DNA from: Haliotis rubra
Lineage: Eukaryota
Length of the DNA: 64,000 nt
Assembly (NCBI RefSeq): GCF_003918875.1
Contig: NW_025767120.1
Location: 558,001 to 622,000, forward strand
Direction of reading: 5' to 3'
Part shown: one piece after another, positions 49,401 through 62,200 of the stretch
Layout: each line of letters begins with the position of its first letter
How positions within the stretch are numbered: position 1 is the first letter of the stretch
Made by a program: the position numbers and the translations under genes
Notes under the pieces: generated by a model
Seen by the model: the letters and a program-made list of their open reading frames with translations, nothing else
Databases searched by the model: none
What the model was told of the DNA's origin: nothing

Positions 49401-52400
49401 ATCTTTGAACGGCACAAAATACAGAAATAGAACATGCCAGCCATTATGCTCCTTCAAGAAGAATGTGGCAGTAGCTTGGTACGTGTGTCTTGTGTGAGAA
49501 GTTTGCGTCCAGTATGTACACTAAATATTATGTACCTTCTATAAGAATGTTCACGTAATTTGTTTATATGAAAATACGACATACGACATCCAGTACGACC
49601 TTTCCATAGAACGAGTGTCTTGGTTGATGTTTACAAGTATACATGTTGTTGCCACATGCCCTATAACCGCAGGCGTCACCACTAAGGAAGTATATTTCTC
49701 AGTAAACTAGTAAAATGACTTCTCAACATACATTCTTTCTTGTGCTTTGTTGCAAGGTTCTTGGGTACTCCCCAATTGGCATCAAGGCCGCGGTCACAGA
49801 CATCGCCTCTAACAGCAGTAACAACATCTGGGTGTCACTGCTATGCAACCAGGCTATATACAGTGCTATACCAGAGGTAGGTCCACTCCGACGTAATTAC
49901 ATTACAAGCAAAAATGCATTTTATAACACGATATTTGCATGTAAATGCGTTGACGGATTTTGATTATCTGACGTGACCTGACAGATGTTGATATATTGCA
50001 GGCCCAGCGTATCCATGACAAGTCCGCCATTGCTTTGATGAAGTCCAAGAAGAACATCGTGGAGAGGGACGGGATGCAGGCATCACATGTAAATAACCAT
50101 TAATGAAATTGTGGACATTTGCATTATATTTGGATTACGGTGATAGTTAACATGCCATTTTCACCAGTGTTATAATACCCTTAAGTGCATGACTGGTCAT
50201 TTGAATAGATCGTCTGATCGGAGAGGGAGACGTCATCCTGTCGATCTCGGCCACGTCTTAAGAAACGATGTCAGAAGGTGGTATTTGTTAATGCCTTGTC
50301 TTGTCCTCGTCATTTTAGGCTTTGCAGCAAGACCTAGACGGAGTCATGATAATGTGTCTGGTATCTCAGTGGGCTAGCGTTTTATCATCGGAATTAGTCC
50401 GCGTTGGTACAAGAAGTCACACCAAGAAACGAGCATGCACGTCGCTATGATAATCTTCAACGCGACGGTAGACTTTAAGAGCAGTGAGGAATGCTCTGTT
50501 GATATAAACATGGCAGATTTGCTTCCCTTTATGGTTGTGAACTTGTGATGCTACCGCCATATTGTTATATCAATAGAGTTGCATCCCTGTATTTACTGTG
50601 GTGCTACTAACATGTAACTTGAACCTGACTATCTTGCGTTATTAAGGATCTCCCTCTTGAATGTGTGTAATAAATGAATGTTCTTATTTGACTGAATGTT
50701 TTACTTCTTCTTCTCCAGAATCGAGATTCAGTGGCCCTTATCACCTTCTTGGAGAGATTGGAACGTGAGGTAACCTAATACAAACTGACAATAACATGTC
50801 CCACGTAGGGGAGATTGATAAGATGTGGTCTTATAGCCCACTGTTTGGCGTGGTAGCCTTCTGGTTAAAGTTTTGGGATTCATCACACAGGTACAATGGA
50901 GATATTATCTGAGATGAATACACTATGCCATTTAGAAAAAGTGGTCAAACGTAACACATGTTATATTTGGGATTACAATTTCTCTACAAAGTAGATTCTA
51001 GTACTTATTTGGGTTGAGTGCCTGACTCTGAGAAAGTGTAATCTCAAATATAACACATATTATCTGAGATGGCCGCTATACAATGTTGTGATCATACAGA
51101 GTGTCCATATCAATGGCGGAATAAGGACATGGATATAAACACGTGATACTGCAAGCAATTGTCTCAATGAGATGTAGCTCGATGACAACGGTGTGATGAG
51201 ATATCATTGATTTCTTATGCCAGGTGAAAGCAGGGCAGCAGTGGACGGAGGTGAAGGCTGCAATGGAACTGAAGAAAGAGAGGCTGTGAGTACACGATAA
51301 TGATTATATACGATGTGAATGTGTGTTTTATAATACGAATGTCCATTACGATTGGGATGACAGTTATGACAATGTTAAGGACGATGACTCTTTTGTTGCT
51401 GCTGCTGCTAAGGATGACGATGATAACTCTCAGGGTGATGTGCTGTTGTTCGGTCTGATGTCTGTGAAGATATTGTGGATCTTGGTGATCTTAATGCTTG
51501 GGTTGAAGGTGATATCACAGTAATTGAACAATGCTGCAATGGTGAACGCAATCTCATTTTTATCAGATCTACAACTCCGATACGATGAGTGAAGATATGA
51601 TCACACTTTATCGAATGTTAGATGGTTAGATGTTTTTTCAGACTGTGCCAATGAGCTTCGAGGCTTCATAATGCTCGATGCTAGTGAACTATCGGCATAT
51701 ATGATTTTTTATCTTGTGCACTTTGGCATCAGTACCTTTGAAGGAATAAGTAATTTGTGTAGAGGTTTTGTTGTGTTTCAAGTGTTATTTCAAAATGGAT
51801 GCGGTGAAGCAATGAAGTCAAGTCGAGACCTGACTGATCCAAGACTGTTTCTGTATTTGATTTGGCGATTTGAGATCCTCAGGGTACACCTTATGTTGAC
51901 TTCGATGTAGGTTTTAACGCAGAGAAGGATCTTAAATGAGATGAACGTTCTTGATCATTGTCGACGCATCAGATAATTTTATGAAATATACAAGTAAGCC
52001 TGGATATCTTATGATTATGCATGATGTTTCAGCAAGCAGGATTTGAACCGTGGACTGAGCTTCCCCACCATAGCTGGGTCTGGATCTAACGGCGCCATCA
52101 TCCACTACAACCCCTCTAACGCCACAGACAAACAGATCACCACATCAGACATGTTCCTTCTTGACTCGGGTGGACAATATCTGTAAGTTTTACGTTGCAG
52201 GAGCAAGGGACAGTGAGTCACATGAATGGCGGTTTCCAGTTTTCCAACATCTGTGAGAAAGGAGAATCCTCAGCGTTTTCTTCTATTTTCAATTGTTTTG
52301 TTATTCTGTGTCGTTGACGCTGAATGATTGAAGTATTGAGAACGTTAAGTAGTAACTGGTCTACCCGTGAAGATTCGGGTTAAAATAGGTCTTCAGCAAC

Positions 52401-55400
52401 CCATGCTTGTCGTAATAGGCGACTAACGTAATCGGGTGGTCAAGCTCGCTGACTTGGTTGCTGAGTGCGGCGTTAAACAACAAACAAATAAAACAAACAG
52501 TAACTGGCCAGTGCAAAAGTAACTGGTAATAATGTGAGCTCAGGTGAGGTTAAACGCGTTCAAAATTATTGAACATATTTTGTGCCGAGTTTATAGTGCT
52601 AGGTGACTAAGATACCATGTGTCGGTTTAACTTTCACACACACACCCCACTCCCTCGAAAACGTTTACCCTGAGAAGCATTTCCCCTCAACTTTTGGACT
52701 TCATGATTCATGCCCCCTTCCCCAAAATCCCGGATCCGGACCTGCTTGGGACAGTTGTGACCCACTTTTCTGAGGCGCGCGAATGCTCTGTGCAAAGGTC
52801 CGTCTCGCAAAACATGCCAGGGACAAATGACCGTTATTTCAAGTCCCGATTCGCAAGTTATCACAGGTAAAGGTCAAAGATCTGCATTACTTCGTGCTTT
52901 CTCCGCAGCTAACACGTCGCGTTTGACCAAATTCACTCAAGTGGATGTGTGTCCATGATGTGCTCAACCGTATGTTATCAACGGCATTTGTCGAAGTTCA
53001 TGCTGCCATGGTCTAGATTGAATAAACCGCTTTGACTTACTGCGACAGCGACTGAAACAACCTTAATTCCCTCCTTAAAGTATACTCTCTTACCTGCACA
53101 CAGTATTGTCTTCTGTTGTGTAGAGGTGTCTCATTTTTTTCAGAGAAGACGCGATCTGTGTTTAGAATGATAAACGTAGATACCTTTCAGTGTAAGGATT
53201 TTATTTCTTTTTGTTACACCTCAGCCATGCAGACTCGTCGTAATTACATAATATTTACATTTTGTAGGGATGGCACCACGGATGTGACGAGAACACTTCA
53301 CTTCGGACAGCCTTCGGATTACGAAAAGGTAAAGAGTTTTATGGTGAATGGCATTTTACGCTGTCTGTTCCTATACTAGGGACATGGAGGAAAACACACA
53401 AGCCAGTCTACCAATATATATATTATATCACTGGACGCAAGCACACATCACAATGGCCAAGTAATCAATCTGTGATTCCAACCCAAGATCAGCGGATAAT
53501 AGCCAAAGAACGCAACTCATTTTGTCAGTCATCTATAGTCAAGCATTTGGAGTTATTTTTCCGAGTGTGACTGTGGGATAATGACAGCTTTATGGAATGT
53601 TATTTAGGAGAATTTAACTTCTTCATGTACCGGTGTTTTTGTGTTTTCTAGGAGTGCTACACTCGTGTACTGATGGGGCATATCGACCTCGCCCTGCTCA
53701 AGTGGCCTAAAGGGCTGTACGGTGAGTATTACACACACAGAGACACACTGCCCCAATGATAAAACAGTACATCTACCCAAAGTAAATATTTATACATGTC
53801 CCTTGTGTGACAGATTAATTGAGGGTGGTCTATTCTCTGTTACAGGACGTGAGATTGACGCTATCGCCAGGGCTCCCCTCTGGGAGGCGGGTCTGCGGTA
53901 CCTACATGGCACAGGGCACGGGATCGGGGCTTACCTCAGCGTTCATGAGGGGCCGGGCAGGATCTCCCTGTCACACAGCCTCAACCCAAGTGACCAAGCG
54001 TTAGAAGAGCATATGTATTTCTCAGATGGTAAGTGGGCTAGTCTGGTTGATAAGATGTTCCAATGTCACGCCGACATAGATTGTCTTTTAATTGATCAAT
54101 TGTCAACAAGCTAGCCAACACGTGCTTAAATATTATTGAAACAATGTGATGTGACGATTGCAGGTCAGAAAGAGATTGGAAACGGACGTAAAATATCTAC
54201 TGCTGTAAAGTTCCCCGGGACAACAAAACTGACCCCCACTGTGTTGTAAAACGATCTACTTCCATCTCGGAACTGTTACCAACTGATTTTTCTGGTTTAT
54301 CGATCGTAAACACTTGATTGTTTGACTTCTTAACAGGCCGCCACCACATGGTGGTGACATTACTGTGCGACATCGGCCTGTACATATACATTCTTAGTCA
54401 GATTGAGTGAATGGCAAGTGCTACCGACAGGGCAGGACACCGGGTGTCATCGCTAATTTTCAGTGTTCCATTCATATACATTTCACAGCTATTTTGCCCC
54501 TTACAAATAATGAAATCTGTTTCTAAAGATAGTCAAGACCGGTGTTCTTTTGCAAGTATTTGAACCTCTCAAAAGCAGTGAGGTTTGTCAACACCCAGTG
54601 GCCAGTTTCACTCAATATGGTACAATTACGAAGGTTACAAGGTCCCACTGAAATATACCTAGAATTTGTAGTCTGATTCTATTTCAGATTAAGTCACCAT
54701 TATAATGTCCCTCATTTACAATCTGCTCAGATTCAGAGTATATGTGTAACGAGTGGCAGTCTACAAATTATCCTTGAGTCAGAAGGTATTTCCACAGACT
54801 ATCCCTGTCGAAAGAGATATTTTATAGAAAGTCTACCTAGTTTTTCAACCCGGTCCACATTACAGGCTACACTGATACAGTTTTGTTGATTGATTAATAC
54901 TGTTGATTATGCAATAACACACATTGTAAATATAGCCTTCCAGCTTGTTATTAGTTTCCTTTCAATATTCTCATGTTTTACAGAACCGGGCTACTACGAG
55001 GACGGCAAGTTCGGTATTCGTCTGGAGACAATTGTCACAATAGAATTCGCGCAGACAGCGGTAAGAAAAATATATATAGTTCTTCTGGACTTTGCTCAGA
55101 CTAATGAGTTCGAATTTACAGCCAACTCAGCAATATTTGAGCCACGATGTGACATGTTGTAAAATAGAAAGAGGGGACAGGGCATCAGAGTTCATGACCT
55201 TCCTATTGCTTCTGTCATTTGTCGAGCCTGGCATAATCTCCCTGTCCCACAGCCTCAACCCAAATGGCAGGGGTGGCCCAGTCGTTACAGGCACAGAAAT
55301 TCACCGTATAGAGTTGGCGCACCGAAAGCCTGTGAAAAGTGGGTTTGATTACGCCCGATTACGTTTCTAGGTTTGTCAGCCCATGGGTTACCTGGAAATG

Positions 55401-56180
55401 TACCAGTTATTTGAATTTTGGACTTGGCAGGGTAGTAAGTTGCCACTGTTTCAGCATAAAACTAATTAGGCGTGGGGCCTCTAATGCACGGCCAGTGCGC
55501 CTGTTACAGACACTACGGTACGTGCGTTTTAGTACTGTGGTTAGAGAACATATACTGATACCTAAAATATGTTTCATTTGGTCGATTGCAGCACCCATTT
55601 CCCAACTCAGTGTTCTTGGGATTCAAACCCGTCACTTTGGTGCCATATGAACCACATCTGATCAAGTTTGACATGCTTGGGCCAAAACAGGTGAGATATG
55701 ATTGATTCTCTGGTACATGCTGATCTAGTCTAACTGTCGAAGCTTCTGAATTTTCAGATCTTTAACAGTAATGTCAGTACTTAAGGCGAAAATAAAACAA
55801 AATGGATGAATAACATCGTAACATTTAATCGAAAACGTTTATACAACACTGATCGTTATATAATTATTTGTATACAGCCGATGGATGATACTTTAAAAAG
55901 TAGTAATCCATGTTACATTACACCCATTATGGCTAACAGCTTATGACCTCAGACCTGTGAATGACCTTAAACCTCCACTCTGCAGATCAAGTGGCTCAAC
56001 GATTACCACAAGCGAGTTGAGGAGGAGATTGGACCAAAGCTGAGTGCAGCTGCACTGCAGTGGGTGAAGGCAAGAACCATGCCCATCTCGTACCAGACAA
56101 CCAACTCCGCCACGACGTATACACATAGTGTGCTGTTCATGATGGGGGCTGCGGTAGTGTCGCTGATGTCGCTGCGATGA
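25495..56180 (+). CDS. XPNPEP2: Xaa-Pro aminopeptidase (aminopeptidase P, peptidase M24B), secreted/GPI-anchored XPNPEP2-like, paralogue 1 (~714 aa, 21 exons)
   Basis: Exons: 25495-25540 (signal peptide MAGRELYICVCLAIT; least certain), 39002-39099, 42992-43111, 43274-43337, 43797-43901, 45237-45335, 46087-46233, 46418-46513, 47245-47326, 48865-48997, 49757-49876, 50002-50088, 50719-50769, 51224-51285, 52033-52182, 53268-53328, 53652-53721, 53846-54028, 54984-55060, 55592-55690, 55986-56180 (TGA). Total 2145 nt, in frame. Motifs: AYIVPSTDAHQSEY, AALWTDGRY, SFPTIAGSGSNGAIIHY, DSGGQYLDGTTDVTRT, HGTGHGIG..SVHEGP, SDEPGYYEDGKFGIRLE. The C-terminus NSATTYTHSVLFMMGAAVVSLMSLR fits a GPI signal. Orthology to XPNPEP2 rather than XPNPEP1 is inferred from the signal peptide and GPI signal. 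Confidence 0.9.
27958..28078 (+). mobile_element. Diverged SINE family A
   Basis: GGGGTAGCCTAGTGGTTA...GGTTCGATCACC...CCATTTCTGGTGACCCCCTCCGTGA. Confidence 0.7.
28768..28884. mobile_element. Palindromic MITE, PIF/Harbinger-like
   Basis: ~42-bp terminal inverted repeats GGCCCTTATTCTCGAAACGTTCGTAGCCCT.. / ..AGGGCTACTAACGTTTCGAGAATAGGGGCC; 3-bp TSD CAG. Confidence 0.75.
29183..29452 (+). repeat. ~89-bp AT-rich tandem repeat (3 copies)
   Basis: TTAGATCAAATTAATGAATGACTTCTTGTGTTTGAACATTATGAATATAACTGTGATATT... recurs at ~29183, 29273 and 29362. Confidence 0.88.
30316..30942 (+). repeat. 31-bp G-rich minisatellite (TATTGTAGAGATGGTGGGGTTAGGTACCTCC)
   Basis: About 20 highly similar tandem copies, abutting a SINE tail on the - strand at 30268-30315. 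Confidence 0.95.
31638..32167 (+). mobile_element. Non-autonomous hAT (Ac/ZBED-like) element retaining the BED-finger start of its transposase
   Basis: Ends TAGGGCTG..CACCCCTA; repeated ACCGGT/GCAATA subterminal motifs; ORF 31817-32002 KALVWQHFGLK...KRNAVCKTC (BED zinc-finger N-terminal half). Confidence 0.75.
32263..32388 (+). mobile_element. 5'-truncated SINE-like family B
   Basis: 3' half of the consensus; TSD TACTATTTCCTT. Confidence 0.85.
33298..34045. mobile_element. MITE / non-autonomous DNA transposon with repeated GGGGCAATTGTAACA motifs (pogo/mariner-like ends)
   Basis: Two direct motifs at the left end, two inverted motifs at the right end (..TTGCCCCCGGTCTCCCCTA), and an internal palindrome at 33646-33678. 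Confidence 0.7.
35120..35500 (-). mobile_element. Possible highly degraded Tc1-like transposase remnant
   Basis: Minus-strand frames give IDE..., YRRR..F...DC..LE..NR..GG..V.VW, reminiscent of the Tc1 DESRF..RVYRR..CV....FGGGSVMVW block. Many stops. Confidence 0.35.
39222..39802 (+). repeat. 30-bp pyrimidine-rich minisatellite (GTCTCCATTTCTGAATCTTCAGCTTTCTCT)
   Basis: About 19 copies, homogeneous at the 3' end and abutting the LINE. Confidence 0.93.
39803..42752 (+). mobile_element. 5'-truncated L2/CR1-group LINE (APE endonuclease + RT) in intron 2 of aminopeptidase 1
   Basis: APE motifs: FNSQS, LFLTETWL, RRGGGVA, YRPP, MGDFN, GHVLD, SDHF. RT motifs: YQSAYR..HSTETAL, LLDLSAAFDTI, GVPQGSVLGP, FYADDSQL, VKNLGVLLD, LILSRLDYCN, LHWL. 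L2-type 3' end AGCGCTTTGAG...GAAAGGCGCTATATAAAT followed by (ATT)n. Frameshifts near 40105 and 41295 and a stop at ~40270. Confidence 0.93.
43531..43699 (-). mobile_element. tRNA-derived SINE family A, full length
   Basis: Reverse complement of family A; TSD TCAACAGC. Confidence 0.9.
44079..44212 (+). mobile_element. 5'-truncated, diverged SINE-like family B
   Basis: TGTCATCGTATCCCAATTGC..CGATGCTCATGATG..CACTGGA..GCGTTAAAGCACAA. Confidence 0.7.
48178..48264 (-). mobile_element. Penelope-type remnant with a hammerhead-like motif
   Basis: The - strand reads GGTGGTGAA-GGAGT-AAGCATAC-ACTCC-GAAACGTC (core mutated from CTGATGAA). An oppositely oriented CACCTGATGA lies at 48255. Confidence 0.5.
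52363..52498 (+). mobile_element. Internally deleted SINE-like family B
   Basis: The 5' part is joined directly to the tail GCTGAGTGCGGCGTTAAACAAC; TSD AGTAACTGG. Confidence 0.82.
55174..55266 (+). pseudogene. Decayed partial copy of aminopeptidase exon 18 in intron 19
   Basis: GGACAGGGCATCAGAGTTCATGA...GCCTGGCATAATCTCCCTGTCCCACAGCCTCAACCCAAATG versus exon GGCACAGGGCAC..CAGCGTTCATGAGGGGCCGGGCAGGATCTCCCTGTCACACAGCCTCAACCCAAGTG. Confidence 0.8.
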
Positions 56181-57354
56181 ATCCATTCGCCTTTAGTTGC
56201 AAGATATTTTGCCCTTGTTAATTAGAACATTTGATTTACGAAAAAAACCAAACAATTCTCATAGTAATTATGCTTGTCACTTTCTTGGAATAGTGGAACG
56301 ATCAGAACCTCTCTTCTTTAATCACATGTTGATCTCCCCTGTCGAGTAAACTAGTAAAATTGAATTAAAATTCAGGTTTCAAAATATCTTTGAATAATTT
56401 CGTCATTCCTTTTCTATTCTCAGGCAATAGTGACAAATGCAAACTCATATTTGACTAAATTTGTATATTAGCAATCAACGGCATTGTGTATATATTAACC
56501 ATATATCTGGTTTGGTTTGTATGAAGACGCACTCAACTGTTTGCACACCAACAATGAAACCTCCGATGTCTGTTTAGTTGTTATGGAATATTTAGACATG
56601 GTGGAGAATTTCTTAATGTTTTATTTACAGACGAGGTTATTAATGACAGTATTTTGATATACCTGTGCCTTACCTGCATTTCTTGCTTTAACTATACTCA
56701 TGCCAATAATGGTTGTCACCCCCTTCATATTTTTTAATTGGAGAGGGGGTGTGGTGTGGGGTGTGGGAGGGGGTTGTATAGTATGCAATTTGACCGTCTT
56801 TTCCTTCCCTGATGTTTGACTTCATATCATGCACCTCTACAATGTCTTCATTCGCCATAATATAGGGCATCGAAATACCGAATTTTACAAAAAAACATCA
56901 AACATCAAGCATGTACAAGACCTACACCTTATGCCTTGAACCATAATGGACCCCATCATAACACAGAGGCGAATTAGGTGTTGCTTCTTAATTTAGTGCA
57001 AAATATTCTCGAACTGGGACATTTTAACAAGTTTGCTTTCTTGTCTAGAATTTTTTTAATCTCAAGTTCATCGTATTAAGTCTACGAGGTTCCAAAGACA
57101 GTTATATTTACTGTTGCCTCTTTCTATATTCACATACCCGGTCACCATTGCAACACTTGTTATTTGTGTACACGAAGGAAAATACCCTAATAAATATTAG
57201 GAAAATAATATAAGAACTGAATAAACAGAAGGTTGTTGTAGGAGGTGTAGATTCAATCCAGCTTGTTGTAGATTGTTGTATATATTGGTCAGTTCTAAAC
57301 AGAAACGGTATGATTTGCATATGATTCCATGTATATTGTTGTATGAAAATCTTT

Positions 57355-57360
57355 AATAAA
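57355..57360 (+). terminator. Candidate polyadenylation signal of aminopeptidase 1
   Basis: AATAAA about 1.2 kb after the stop codon, followed by GT-rich sequence. Confidence 0.4.
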
Positions 57361-57852
57361 ACCTTTTATACCTGTTCATGATGGTTTTGTGCATGGATCA
57401 ACAACACATCAGATTACAAACATACGCACAAACTCTCTTTCACCCACATGTGCTTGTTCAAGCTAAACCCCAGATCACATCTCACGTTTTTAAAAGGTTG
57501 GTCTTAATGTAGCTGTTATATTTCTGACCTCAAGCTGAAACAATCCAAGCAGGGAAGAGTGAATGTCATGTATATGTTTGGCTTGGTTGGTGCAATCGTA
57601 ATACTGATCCAGAAATTTCTCCACATGAAACAAACCCTCGGTCTTGTGATCGCCTTTCATCAGGTCTGTGTTGATTTGTGAATATGTTTGAAACCGTGAT
57701 GAGAAGTTATCTAATAGTGATTCTTATCGGTTTTGGGTTCTAGAAATTCTATTTGGACTTAAAAGCAAGGAACTCTTGTTTAGAATGATTGGTAATTTAA
57801 TATAGATCTGTCTTGTTATATTCATCCATCACCCCTTTTCTAATGACGACAC

Positions 57853-58005
57853 TTTATTGGCATGGTATCTCAGCGGGCTAGCACTATAAAACCAGCTTCA
57901 GTCTGGGCTAGTACAAGCAGCCGCACATACACATAAACTATAATACACACGCATGTACGTCGTCATATGAGCGAAATATTCTCAAGTACGACGTTAAACC
58001 CAATT
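57853..58005 (+). mobile_element. Old SINE remnant, separate family (related remnant at ~50370-50425)
   Basis: Shared GGTATCTCAG(C/T)GGGCTAGC...GTACAAG motif; tail GAAATATT...ACGACGTTAAACC. Confidence 0.5.
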
Positions 58006-59242
58006 TCACCTCAGCTCACCTTGTAAATCATACCATGATAACAATAGCATCATAAATCATGTATTTACTCCCCTTGTTACATGAATGGTGGAGTGAATAT
58101 GCTCACGCACTAAAGAAATGATACATTTCCTGATGTATAAAAAGTTGCGGAAAAGAGTGCTTCGTATGAAGTGGTATAAAAATAATATGTTTAAAAATAC
58201 CAACATAGATCAATGTTTTATCTTTCATTGACAAAATTACAGGATATTGAAATAGTCAGAGCTGTCTGTTATTGTGTCAATTTGGTATAGATTTCGCAGA
58301 TGCACCAACCACATATGGTTGTGTTGTTGACGCGATGTCACATGTGGACGACTGGCCGATGGCATGTTACGAGTTTTGCCCTGTAGACAACGTCTGCAAA
58401 GAGATTGTGTTTTATGAACATTAAAATGTCTCCCCACTAAACGTCTGTTTAGACCTATTCTTGTTTGCAGTATATGCTCGGCGCGTATGTGGTGATTTTC
58501 AACCAATAAATTATAAAGTTTTTCAAAGAGCAAATTATAGGTAAGCAAACATCGTGAGCTGTTTACATCAAACAACCCAACGTGTGTGTTTTCACTTTCC
58601 AACAAAAACTGAAATATGCACGTGTAAATTTTAAACCAGTGAATCAGAATATGTATACATAATGAATATCAGAATAAATTACTTTTATTAAACGTTGCTT
58701 TTTATAATGTTTATTGTGTTCTGAACGTCGTCGTATGCCCATGATACCAAAATATAGCGACAAAATCTATAACCATAAAAATATCTTCTGAAGGAGTCCT
58801 CCTTACAACATCGTAAACAGTGGAATCCACTTCTAGGATAGTCAAAACTGGGTTTTCCTTTGCACCGAATCCTGTACAACTAAGCCTTCTATGTGCTTCC
58901 ATCCTTTCCTATATTAACCATGGTGGGCCCGGATGACAAATGATATAATTTTGCATGACATATGGCATATACGCGGGCAATTTAATGTCATGTCGACCCA
59001 AGTCGGTATTGTTAATGTAAAAATTTAGTCTGCACTAAATCGATTAAAGGGATACGCCTGTCTTTGTATGAAGATTAGAACGGTGTCATAAACATCGGTC
59101 AGTTTATGGCGTGATAGAACGTCAAGTGTTTGAAATGTTTACAAGGTTATACAAGTGGTCTTCAGGATAGAAGAACAGGGTGTCATTTAGATGTTCGCCG
59201 CCTCTTGGTAACGCCGTGTTACAGGACAACGCAGTTGGCGAA

Positions 59243-62200
59243 ATGACCCGGGGAACATTCGCAGTTTTACTTGCCGTAGGTAGGTCAACAATGTCTTCAA
59301 GTTGCTATGATTCCATTGCAGCTTAATGACACTATCGTAATTGATGTGGGTCGCAATGTGTGAAGCTTTGAAAGATTCTTTGCAATTTATAATGTTATGT
59401 GGTTATTCAGACATTGACTCTCTTGTTGATTTGGCATACGACTTTCTTATAAACAATGAACACGTTTTTATAAAAATTGAGCACATTTTAAATATACAAT
59501 AGAAAAAGAGAGAACAGAGAAACGCTGTAATTAACTTGCGTCAAAGCTGTGAACGACTGCGCTGCGTCTACTGTGCTGAAATTTACGTAGATAGTAAGAT
59601 CTATATTGCCATATTAAATACTTTTTCTTGTGGATTTCATTAAAGTGGAAACCGTCTCGGCTTACGTCACTTTAGGCTTTCGTCACACACAGATTTGACA
59701 CGTCGCCATGCAAGGTTGAGTTGCAGAAACCTGCTTAAAACCAATACCCGATCTCTTAGATAATACTTACATGTTTCAACTCATATGATTTACTTTTATT
59801 TAAGATGTACACCAAATGAAAACAACTTATTTTTCTATTCGTCAAATTCCCATTGAAGTATTTTGTTGACCGCCTTTCTCTCTTACCCTTCATATACTTA
59901 ATATATTTAGTTAATATGTGCAGGATGTCGCATAAAGGTAACCAGTGGATAATTACTGGCATTATATAAAATTGCAGTCATTTACGAAGGTTTTCTTTGC
60001 ACGCACAGTGGCACTGGCGTCATGTGACTCCTTAGGTCAAGGTCAACCACATGTACGGCACCGACGTTTAGCCGTGGAAGACAGACCGAACTGCCAACCC
60101 GGGGCGGTGAGAATTTTATATCCTGTAGATTTCATATGCCTATCCATTATTGCATATAGGCAATATGTCTTATGATTTCCTGAGGTTAGTATCAGTATCC
60201 CATATTACAGCAACAAACGTGTACTACAACATCCACTACAACAGCAATTCCCGTGTTCGATCCCCACATGGGTACACTGTGTGAAGCCCATTTCCGGTGT
60301 CCCCGGCCGTGATATTGCTGGAATATTGCTAAAAGCGACGTAAAACCATACTCACTCACTCTTCATATTCGACACATATATATTGTTGTCCTATATGCAA
60401 ATAGTCACTTGTAGTAATGTTTTCCGATGTGCTGCCAATATGTAAATCTCCAATCAAGAAGGCCAATGTGCATGTCTTTCTTGAGCAGTAGATTCTTAAT
60501 GCTGAATGTTTAACAATGTGTCACTATTGTGTAATAAATCACCGTCTACCATATACTTTATGGATAACAAGTTCTTTATTATAGGCCTATATGATCACTC
60601 TTGCTTGACAACGGTATAAGAACCTATAAACGCGAAACGTTGGATCATATATAATAATCTTACTTTCTTATTACTCACTAACTTCTGAAATGCCAATCAA
60701 ACATACCATATATATAACTGAATAATGCATAATGTTGTTCCTCAGACGCCACCCCCGACTGTGGTCGATACAACTGAGCGCTTACATGACATCAGACAGT
60801 TGTTAGCGGCATGGCCCGATGGAGGTATAGATGCTTACATCGTGCCTAGCGAGGACGCCCATCAGGTGACTGTTCCAGGTGTCTCTAGGACCTGTAGGTT
60901 ACCGTATTTATTATCATACAGATAAATACGTGAACTCTCGTTATACGTGCCTGCGTTCATAGCGGCGCCTCGCTGGTGTAATCCACTAAATGGTATCTAC
61001 AGATCACGGAAATAGAATCGAACATCGGATCCTGATGAGGCTAAGGGACGCAATGTCACCCAGTTTCGTTTGCCGATTGTTTTCTTTCATAAATCCGTTT
61101 AACTAGTTACTAATTAATGAACAAATCATTTCATTTCCCATTGCTTAAATGAAATATATTGTTAAGAAACCCATACTTTATTACTTCCAATCCTGCGGAT
61201 TTACCGTAACCCCATGGAATAAGGAGCGTCTCTGTGATTTTAGAGCGAGTACCCGTCGGATTATGACCAAAGACGAGGCTACATATCTGGCTTCACCGGA
61301 TCAGCAGGTTGGTGTCAGAGCACACACACACACACACACACACACGCGCGCGCACGCACGCACGCACGCACACACGCACACAGACACACACACAAAGCGA
61401 GCAAAGCAGGGACGAGAGGCAGTGTTAGTGACTGTGATGCATGCACACATGTTTGTGTTATATATATATAGTTGGAATGGACCATTGGACTCTTCTTTCA
61501 ACAGATATATCACATGATTCTGGAATGCGGTTTCCCTTTTTATGATATCGCTTCAGACTTTTTCTTCAGTTATTCCTCATTAGCATCCCAATGATTTCCA
61601 AGTGTCTTGTTTCAAGTATTCTCAGTTTTATCGTAGGACTGTAAAAGTGGCGGTAAAGAGATCTGAGGTTACCGATTAAGAAGTAAATTCAACGTTTATA
61701 CGATTCATATGAAATGTTCTGTGACGCGATGATGAATTATTTCCATATCTTTACAGTTGTTCGTAAAAATATCACTCGGGATTTGTAATCTGTAATTCCG
61801 ATTTTTTTTCTGTAAGTCTTTCACTCGCTATGATGTAATTAAGCGATGCTTCTGTGACCCTGGCATATTCGCTACTGCAGGCGATGAGAAGGCTGCAAAC
61901 GAAGATTTGTTTCGATTTTCCTTGTTTTATGGCACTAATAGAATTGATCTAGCAATGACCTGAGATATTGGCCATGCCTTTCCAATGCAGCCAATATTAT
62001 AAATGGTAAATGATAAGAGTTGAAGAACATTTTCGAACTATTTAAAATGTTTGAATGCTTATTTTACTTACATGGACATTTACAATGTGGTTTGTGTAAG
62101 GCACGGCGGTAGTCCTGGCGACTCATGCGGCGGTATGGACAGACGGACGCTACCACCTGGAGGCGGAGGATACCCTGGACTGTAACTGGATACTCATGAA

